Source of the DNA: a virus
Lineage: Duplodnaviria; Caudoviricetes
Length of the DNA: 40,385 nt
Direction: 5' to 3' (one strand)
IMG/VR virus record: IMGVR_UViG_3300033487_000226
Coordinates: 1 to 40,385 of that record
The translations under genes and the position numbers were made by a program. A model generated the notes under the pieces. The model ran no database searches, was not told the origin of the DNA, and saw only the letters and a list, made by a program, of their open reading frames with translations. This document shows positions 34,824 to 40,385 of this stretch, piece after piece; the stretch's first letter is position 1; the number at the start of each line of letters is the position of its first letter.

Positions 34824-36071
34824 TCAGCTCGCCTTCCGTTCCAGCGCGTTCCAGCCCACCGCCACCAGCCGGCCGGCGGCCCGCTCCACGTCCCCCGCCA
34901 CGTCCATGTCGAGCTGCTGGCTGCCACGGGTGAGCGCGTTGACGAGCCCGGCCAGCGTGTCCCCCGCCGACTTGTTGCCATCCGCGTCCCAGAGCTTGGC
35001 GGTCAGCTCCATGGTGGAGTCGGCCAGCTCGAACACCTTCTGCACCTTGCCCAGCACCTCGCCCCGGGTGGCGGGCAGCGGGTTCTTGTAGGCGTCCCCG
35101 AACATGATGGCGAACGGCTCGATGCGCTCCAGCGCCCGACGCACCGCCTGCACCAGCTTGTAGCGCAGGTCTCCGACGTGCTTCAGGCTGATTTCCTCCT
35201 CCTTCGCGTCCGAGGTGAAGGCCGTCGTGAAGTTGGCGCACAGCACGCGGAGCAGGAACGCCTCGACCTTCAGCGCCCCGGCCTTGGTCTCGCTGTTGCT
35301 GATTCGCACGCCGCCCATGGCCACGTCGCCCACCACCAGGGGCCGGTTAATCATCGGCCAAATCAGCTCCATCTGCGAACGGCTCAGCTCCCTGGTGTAG
35401 CGCACCTTCGCCTGACGCAGGGAGTCCGGCATCTTCTCCTCCATGACGGCGACGACGGCGGAATCGTCGCCCGTCACGAGGCTGTGCTTGCTGGAGGTGA
35501 CAGCGCGGATGACGCGCGCCCCGGAGTGCGGCTCCACCACGGTGCGCAGCGTCATGGAGTCGCTGTCCCGGCGCTGCTGCGCGTGGTAGTTGAAGGCGTC
35601 GGCCCGGATGTGATTGGGCAGAGAGAGCAGGGTGCTCTGGTAGCCCTGGCGCACGGAGTCCGGGCGGATGAAGGTCGTCACCTGGGAGAAGCCGTCCCCG
35701 GTGTAGCCCAGCGCGTCGTCCGGGTTGGTGTCCGGGGCGTCCTGGTAGAGCCGGCCCGTCCGGGGGTTCATCCGCACGGTTTGAATCGGGATGTTGCCGT
35801 AGTCCTCCGGGCGCTCCTGCTCCAGGCGCAGCTTGATGGCGGGCAAGGCGTCCATGAAGTACGGCAGGCGCTCCAGCTCCGTGGCCAGCGCGCGCTTGTT
35901 GGTCTCGCCCACGTCCCAGAGGGCGTGACCCTCGGGGAGGATGGTCTTGGGGAGGCGGAGGCCCTGCGCCTCGCACAGGGCCTTCAGCAGGTCGTTGCGC
36001 TGCTCGAAGCTCATTTCGCTGGCATGGCTGGGGCGGGCCCCCCGGCCGGTAATGCTGGTGACGTTGCTCAT
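34824..36071 (-). CDS. DUF932-like early protein (415 aa)
   Basis: GVRISNSETKAGALKVEAFLLRVLCAN resembles the DUF932 NS...R..C.N motif; strong codon bias. Confidence 0.65.
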   Translation of the reverse strand: MSNVTSITGRGARPSHASEMSFEQRNDLLKALCEAQGLRLPKTILPEGHALWDVGETNKRALATELERLPYFMDALPAIKLRLEQERPEDYGNIPIQTVRMNPRTGRLYQDAPDTNPDDALGYTGDGFSQVTTFIRPDSVRQGYQSTLLSLPNHIRADAFNYHAQQRRDSDSMTLRTVVEPHSGARVIRAVTSSKHSLVTGDDSAVVAVMEEKMPDSLRQAKVRYTRELSRSQMELIWPMINRPLVVGDVAMGGVRISNSETKAGALKVEAFLLRVLCANFTTAFTSDAKEEEISLKHVGDLRYKLVQAVRRALERIEPFAIMFGDAYKNPLPATRGEVLGKVQKVFELADSTMELTAKLWDADGNKSAGDTLAGLVNALTRGSQQLDMDVAGDVERAAGRLVAVGWNALERKAS

Positions 36072-36156
36072 GTGGATGGTCCTGATTGAAATGCCGGAGC
36101 GGACCCGGCGTTGCGCTTGGTGACGGGCAGGTCAAAGGCCCTGCCCAATCAGCGGC

Positions 36157-36585
36157 CTACATTCGTGAAGCGGGACACGGCGACGGATGGTCCTCCCTGT
36201 CAGTGCTATACCGCATCGGAGTACAGGTGCAGCTCATGAGTCGCAGGAAACGCTCGGCATCCGCTGCACTCGCGAGCTGTCGAAGGGACGTCCCATCCCA
36301 GGCGTAGATGCCCTTGGCCGCTTCCGGAAACGACTCCACCACGTTGTGCGGGTAGCGAAATGAACTGTCCCCGTCGCGCTTCACCACCGGGCCAGCGTGG
36401 AGCAAATGCGTTCCGTCTGGATGCACCATCCAGACGAACGGAATCCCGGGCCCTCGCTCACGCAGGGTGTCCATATCATGCTGCGTCAAGTCTCGGTGGT
36501 AGACTTCACGAGGCATCCCGCGCGAGTCAGCTACATGCTTGATTGCCTTGTAGTGCCGCATCGAGTCCAGTTTGGGCAAGCTCAT
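36157..36585 (-). CDS. Hypothetical early protein
   Basis: ATG 36585 after GAGGAG; FVWMVHPDGTHL core. Confidence 0.7.
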   Translation of the reverse strand: MSLPKLDSMRHYKAIKHVADSRGMPREVYHRDLTQHDMDTLRERGPGIPFVWMVHPDGTHLLHAGPVVKRDGDSSFRYPHNVVESFPEAAKGIYAWDGTSLRQLASAADAERFLRLMSCTCTPMRYSTDREDHPSPCPASRM

Positions 36586-36598
36586 TGACGCAATCTCC

Positions 36599-36901
36599 TC
36601 ACCACACATCCCGAGTGGACGGCATCCCCACCCGCTTCAGGTTGGCCGCCGCGATGCGCCGGTACTTCAGCATGGGGTCGGCCTCCAACTCTTCCGCCGT
36701 CCAATACCCCAAGTCGGAGCGCACTTCGTCCACGGTAATCACGGGGAAATCCCCCGTGCTGACCTGCAACACCTTCCACTTCTTCGGCTCCTCACCACCA
36801 GCAGTCTGCCCGGTGCTCTTGAGAAACTTCCCGGTGAGCTGCACCACGTCACCCACGGCGAAGTCATGCACGCCGCGCGTCTTCACCTGCGTTCCTGCCA
36901 T
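36599..36901 (-). CDS. Small SH3-like early protein (100 aa)
   Basis: ATG 36901 after GGAGG; FAVGDVVQL...WKVLQV pattern. Confidence 0.65.
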   Translation of the reverse strand: MAGTQVKTRGVHDFAVGDVVQLTGKFLKSTGQTAGGEEPKKWKVLQVSTGDFPVITVDEVRSDLGYWTAEELEADPMLKYRRIAAANLKRVGMPSTRDVW

Positions 36902-36992
36902 CGGTTCAACCTCCATCATGCCAAGCCCCAAGCTCAGTGATTGGGGCCTCGCGTGACGGGCCTCCCTTGGCGGGAGGCACGGCACTGCCGGG

Positions 36993-37355
36993 CTAGAAGC
37001 TGGACAAAGAGCCGGGGCTGGGCAGCCCGCTCCCGGCGATGAACCCCTCAATCTCCCCGACCAGGGCGGGGGGTTCCGAGTGCAGCTCCGTGGCCATGTC
37101 GCGCAGCTTCTCCTTGGCCTTGTGGAGTAGCGTGTCCGTCCGCTCAGGGTAAATCTGGTGATTGACGGCGACGGTGGCGACCTTGCCGAACAGCTTGGCG
37201 TACACCTGTGGCAGGTCGGCCATGAGCTTGAGCTTCTGCCTGTCAGACAGCCGCGCGAACGCCCAGAGCGCGAAGGCATCCTTCTCCCAGTTGTCGAGCT
37301 GAGAGAGGCCCAGCGGCGGGCCCTGGTAGAAGTCCTGTGGAAGCGGTTGAGTCAC
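36993..37355 (-). CDS. Hypothetical early protein (120 aa)
   Basis: GTG 37355 after AAAGGGA; coding-like codon bias. Confidence 0.65.
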   Translation of the reverse strand: MTQPLPQDFYQGPPLGLSQLDNWEKDAFALWAFARLSDRQKLKLMADLPQVYAKLFGKVATVAVNHQIYPERTDTLLHKAKEKLRDMATELHSEPPALVGEIEGFIAGSGLPSPGSLSSF

Positions 37356-37425
37356 GTTGATTCCCTTTCGTTGTGCTGCGTGGTGCTGCAAGGCACGCCC
37401 CGGTTTCGAGCCGGGGAACTTGGGC

Positions 37426-37635
37426 CTACTCACCCGTGCTGCTACACCCGTCCGGGGCATGCCCGATACAGTCAAAGCAGTCGTTGCAGTGCTCCAACTC
37501 TTCCAGGTCAGAGTCAAATACCGGGCCGCCGTGGCCTGAGTCAGGAGTGGTCTTGCTCAAGTCCAGCCCGGCACGCTTAGCGCAGTTGAGGCACAGCCTT
37601 GCCCCGTCGTTGTCGTATGCTATGAGCTTGGGCAC
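37426..37635 (-). CDS. Small CxxC...CxxC protein
   Basis: GTG 37635 just after the upstream stop; CLNC...CNDC. Confidence 0.6.
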   Translation of the reverse strand: MPKLIAYDNDGARLCLNCAKRAGLDLSKTTPDSGHGGPVFDSDLEELEHCNDCFDCIGHAPDGCSSTGE

Positions 37636-37637
37636 GG

Positions 37638-37850
37638 CTAATCCGCCTCGCTGAGCTTCACACCCTTGTGGATTCTCGGGCGCGGGGCGCGGCTCAAGAT
37701 TGCTTGGGCCTCGCTGTAGTGCCCCTCCCGCTCCAGCCTCAACGCCTTGGGTGACAGGACGTAGCACTCGTGATTGACGGGCACGCCGTCACTTGTGCGG
37801 TGCGGTTTGTTGCAATACGATGCGGTGAACATATCCATACCAATCACCAC
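37638..37850 (-). CDS. Small hypothetical protein
   Basis: Tightly packed between neighbours; C..H...HEC residues. Confidence 0.55.
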   Translation of the reverse strand: MVIGMDMFTASYCNKPHRTSDGVPVNHECYVLSPKALRLEREGHYSEAQAILSRAPRPRIHKGVKLSEAD

Positions 37851-38149
37851 GCCAGCTTGTCGTACATGCTGCGCTTGGTGCGGGTGGGCAGCTCGTCAAA
37901 CGCCACCTCACGCAGGCTGCGCAGCTTGGGCGCCGGACCCTTGCGCTGGGTGTAGTGGCGCACCACGCGCCACGACTTGCGCGCATGCTTACCGGACACG
38001 GACTGCCGCCGGGCCTGCGCATCCTCCCGCTCCAGCTTGGCGTGCTTCTTCACCGCCATGTCAATCAGGTTCAACACCCCCAAGCTCGTCAACAGCCGAG
38101 TCCTGAACGCGCTGTCCCACACCACGACGTAGCTCCCGTGACGCTGCAT
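37844..38149 (-). CDS. Basic hypothetical protein (101 aa)
   Basis: ATG after GAGGG; R/K-rich. Confidence 0.6.
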   Translation of the reverse strand: MQRHGSYVVVWDSAFRTRLLTSLGVLNLIDMAVKKHAKLEREDAQARRQSVSGKHARKSWRVVRHYTQRKGPAPKLRSLREVAFDELPTRTKRSMYDKLAW

Positions 38150-38235
38150 GTACTTGCCCTCTAGTCTATGGTTGGCACTTCAAGTTGCAGGGCCCACAAC
38201 CTCACGGCTTGGGCCCAGCCTTGACTTACCAATCA

Positions 38236-38550
38236 CTACGCACCCATGACCAGCTCGCACAGGTAGGCGGCCGAGAGCGCGACGTCGCCCTGCGCAGGGT
38301 GCGCTCCCATGATGACGCCGTAGGTGTAGCTCGCCATGTCCTGCATCGCCAACTTGCGGAAGTAGATGCACGCCGAACAGGTGCATGTCCTCAAGTGGCG
38401 CGGCTCGCAGCCCGCCTGAACACCATACAGCCGTGAATACGCACAGCAGCGCACAAGGTCTATGCACGCATAGAATCCATAGAACCGCATGGTCTGTGCT
38501 GATGCAATCACGCCGCACGTTGAGCACTCAACCTGTACTTCGCTGTTCAT
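38236..38550 (-). CDS. Cys-rich hypothetical protein
   Basis: CSTC...C...CC...C...CTCSAC; AAGGGG upstream. Confidence 0.5.
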   Translation of the reverse strand: MNSEVQVECSTCGVIASAQTMRFYGFYACIDLVRCCAYSRLYGVQAGCEPRHLRTCTCSACIYFRKLAMQDMASYTYGVIMGAHPAQGDVALSAAYLCELVMGA

Positions 38551-38649
38551 ACACTTCACCCCTTGATTGGCACGTCAACTTGAGGCACGGATGGGTACAC
38601 CCCTCCCGTGCCTCGCATTCGCATGTCAATCAGCGTGCAGGAGGACGCA

Positions 38650-39099
38650 CTACCCCTCGGACGTGACGCCCGACTCCTGCTCCACCTCCCCCACGGGGGC
38701 CTTCTCCGCCAGCAGGTGGGCGTTGTCCTTCATGAACTGGCGGATGCTGTCCGCGTACCCCAGCAGGCGGTCCCACTGCCCCTTGTAGAGGGTGACGGGG
38801 AAGCGGGAGTTCAGGCCGTAGATGGACAGCCCGCCCTTGGCGGACACCTTGCACGACAGCTTGCGCTCCGGCTTGGCCGTGGCCGTGGCGACGGACTTCC
38901 AGATGGCGGACTTCGTGGCCATGTCCAAGCCCGCCCACACCTTGGGGTCGAAGCCGGGCGGAATCACCTCGGACTTGCCAGTGGGCACGGTGAGCTGGGC
39001 CTGGACGGGCACGGGGGACAGCTTGCCCTGCTCCACTCCGGCCCGCTTCAGGGTGGGCTGGACGCGGGCGGTGCTGGACTTGGAAGAGAACGCAGACAT
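38650..39099 (-). CDS. Hypothetical protein with possible small nucleic-acid-binding domain
   Basis: AAAGGA RBS; KVSAKGGLSIYGLNSRFPVTLYKGQWDRLL beta-beta-helix core (a PC4-like fold is inference). Confidence 0.75.
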   Translation of the reverse strand: MSAFSSKSSTARVQPTLKRAGVEQGKLSPVPVQAQLTVPTGKSEVIPPGFDPKVWAGLDMATKSAIWKSVATATAKPERKLSCKVSAKGGLSIYGLNSRFPVTLYKGQWDRLLGYADSIRQFMKDNAHLLAEKAPVGEVEQESGVTSEG

Positions 39100-39194
39100 G
39101 ATTGGTCCTTTCGGCTACGGTGCTACGGGTTGAACTGCATGGGTCCAGTTTGAGGGGGCACGTTCATGCCCCCCAGGCCATGGTCATTTCCTGA

Positions 39195-39395
39195 TTACTT
39201 CAGTCCCAGCTCGGCACCCAGCACGGAGAACACCCCCTCCGTGTCCTGGCAGGCCATGTCCATCCACAGGGCAGCCGCCGGCTTGGTGTCACACTGCATG
39301 ATGACCGGGGCCGGAGTGAAGGCGCCCTCGTCACGGTGCATGAAGACGGCAACGACGGCGAGCGAGGCCCACGCAAAACGGTTGCTGATAACCAT
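39195..39395 (-). CDS. First early gene, small hypothetical protein (66 aa)
   Basis: aaaggaccaacaatcATG, nearly the same leader as the next gene (aaaggaccaatcATG). Confidence 0.6.
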   Translation of the reverse strand: MVISNRFAWASLAVVAVFMHRDEGAFTPAPVIMQCDTKPAAALWMDMACQDTEGVFSVLGAELGLK

Positions 39396-39433
39396 GATTG
39401 TTGGTCCTTTGTTCAGCCGGGACTTGAGCGCCC

Positions 39434-39566
39434 CGTGCTGGCAGAAAGTAGGCAAGGCCAATCAGCCCTCCTACGCTCTGCCAGCACGCTGAGGTTGCAT
39501 CCTGAATCACTGTCCAGGGTAGTCCTCAGCGTGCTGAGTGGTGCGCCTTCATCGCTAGCGGCGCAC
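39434..39566 (-). promoter_or_regulatory. Structured 5' leader of the early operon
   Basis: Stems 39434-39445/39477-39488, 39482-39494/39524-39536 and 39541-39547/39560-39566. Confidence 0.5.
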
Positions 39567-40263
39567 TCCGCCCCCATCATGCCTTGTCAGGGGTGCGGCT
39601 ATTCGGTTGTCAGAGAACGGCACACGCACGGGCGCCCCTTCGGATGGCGCTTCTAGGCTGGCGTGTGTGCTGCCCGGCTCATGCCGGCACTACGGGTGGC
39701 GCAATCGTCGCGGGGCCTTGGGGCGCCATTGCCCCCGCCTCGCTCGCGCTGGACCGCTCGTATTCCGAGCGGCGCATGTCCCTTGCACCGTGCTGCCAAT
39801 CAACTTCGGTGCTGCATACTGCCCACCTCCCCGCCCGCCGTCAACTGATTTGCCGCTACTGCCTGCAATCAACTTCGTACCGTGCTGAACACCGCCGCAA
39901 TCGCGTCTGACTCGGACGTCTGTGCAGCACGCTGCACAGCTCCAGCCGCCCTCTCCCCGTCCCCGGGGCCCGCCTCGACCGTCCTCCCCGCCGCGCCGAA
40001 GTCGTCGCGTCGAAGTGAAGCAATCATCCCCGAAGATGATTGCGTTTGCAAGCCCTCGGAAGCAATCACCGAAATCCCCAACGATTCCGTGACGTTACGC
40101 AAGCGCCCCGCCACGGCACCCAGCGAAGTGGGGCGGACCCGGCAATCCCGGGTCGATTCCGGCGATGTGGAATCGCGCGCACGCGCGTAGAGCGGGGCGC
40201 TACCAGGGCGCCTCTCAGAGGGAGCCGTGCGGTTGGGTGCATCGTGGAGAGGGGGGAGAGGGT

Positions 40264-40385
40264 GGGGGGGTGTTCCCTCCCCTCCCTCCCGTCCCTATCC
40301 CGTGTGTCCCCGTCAGGTGTACCCGCCTAGCCCCGCCCTCGTAGGTGATTGGGTGTCCCAATCAATCCCACCCTACGCCCTGGGT
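40264..40385. repeat. Terminal direct repeat, right copy
   Basis: Identical to 16-137. Confidence 0.95.

Overview
The window looks like a complete or nearly complete genome of a GC-rich tailed dsDNA phage, probably podovirus-like. Its ends share a 122-nt direct repeat. The left arm (+ strand, about 0.4-20.2 kb) encodes small genes (XRE/Cro-like HTH, MazG-like pyrophosphatase), probable TerS, TerL, portal, scaffold, an N4-gp56-type major capsid protein, adaptor, nozzle, a fibre-like protein, three ejection-like proteins and a small holin-like protein. The right arm (- strand, about 39.4-20.2 kb) encodes many small early genes, a DUF932-like protein, an HNH-like protein, AAA_25 and SNF2 helicases, a lipoprotein, a Cas4-like nuclease/Sak4/SSB recombination trio, a family-4 UDG-like protein and a family A DNA polymerase. 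The arms converge on a hairpin at about 20.2 kb. I recognised no integrase, primase or endolysin. Most notable observations: (1) the UDG domain appears split, with its C-terminal HPA motif at the N-terminus of the separately encoded polymerase; (2) three non-SSB proteins end in SSB-C-terminal-like tails (DDIPF, DDVPF, DDVPW); (3) two fibre/spike-like proteins carry Sec-type signal peptides; (4) structured, possibly switch-like leaders precede terL and the early operon; (5) GATC appears to be avoided throughout. All assignments come from motifs read by eye; no searches or counts were run. A myxobacterial host is a tentative inference only.
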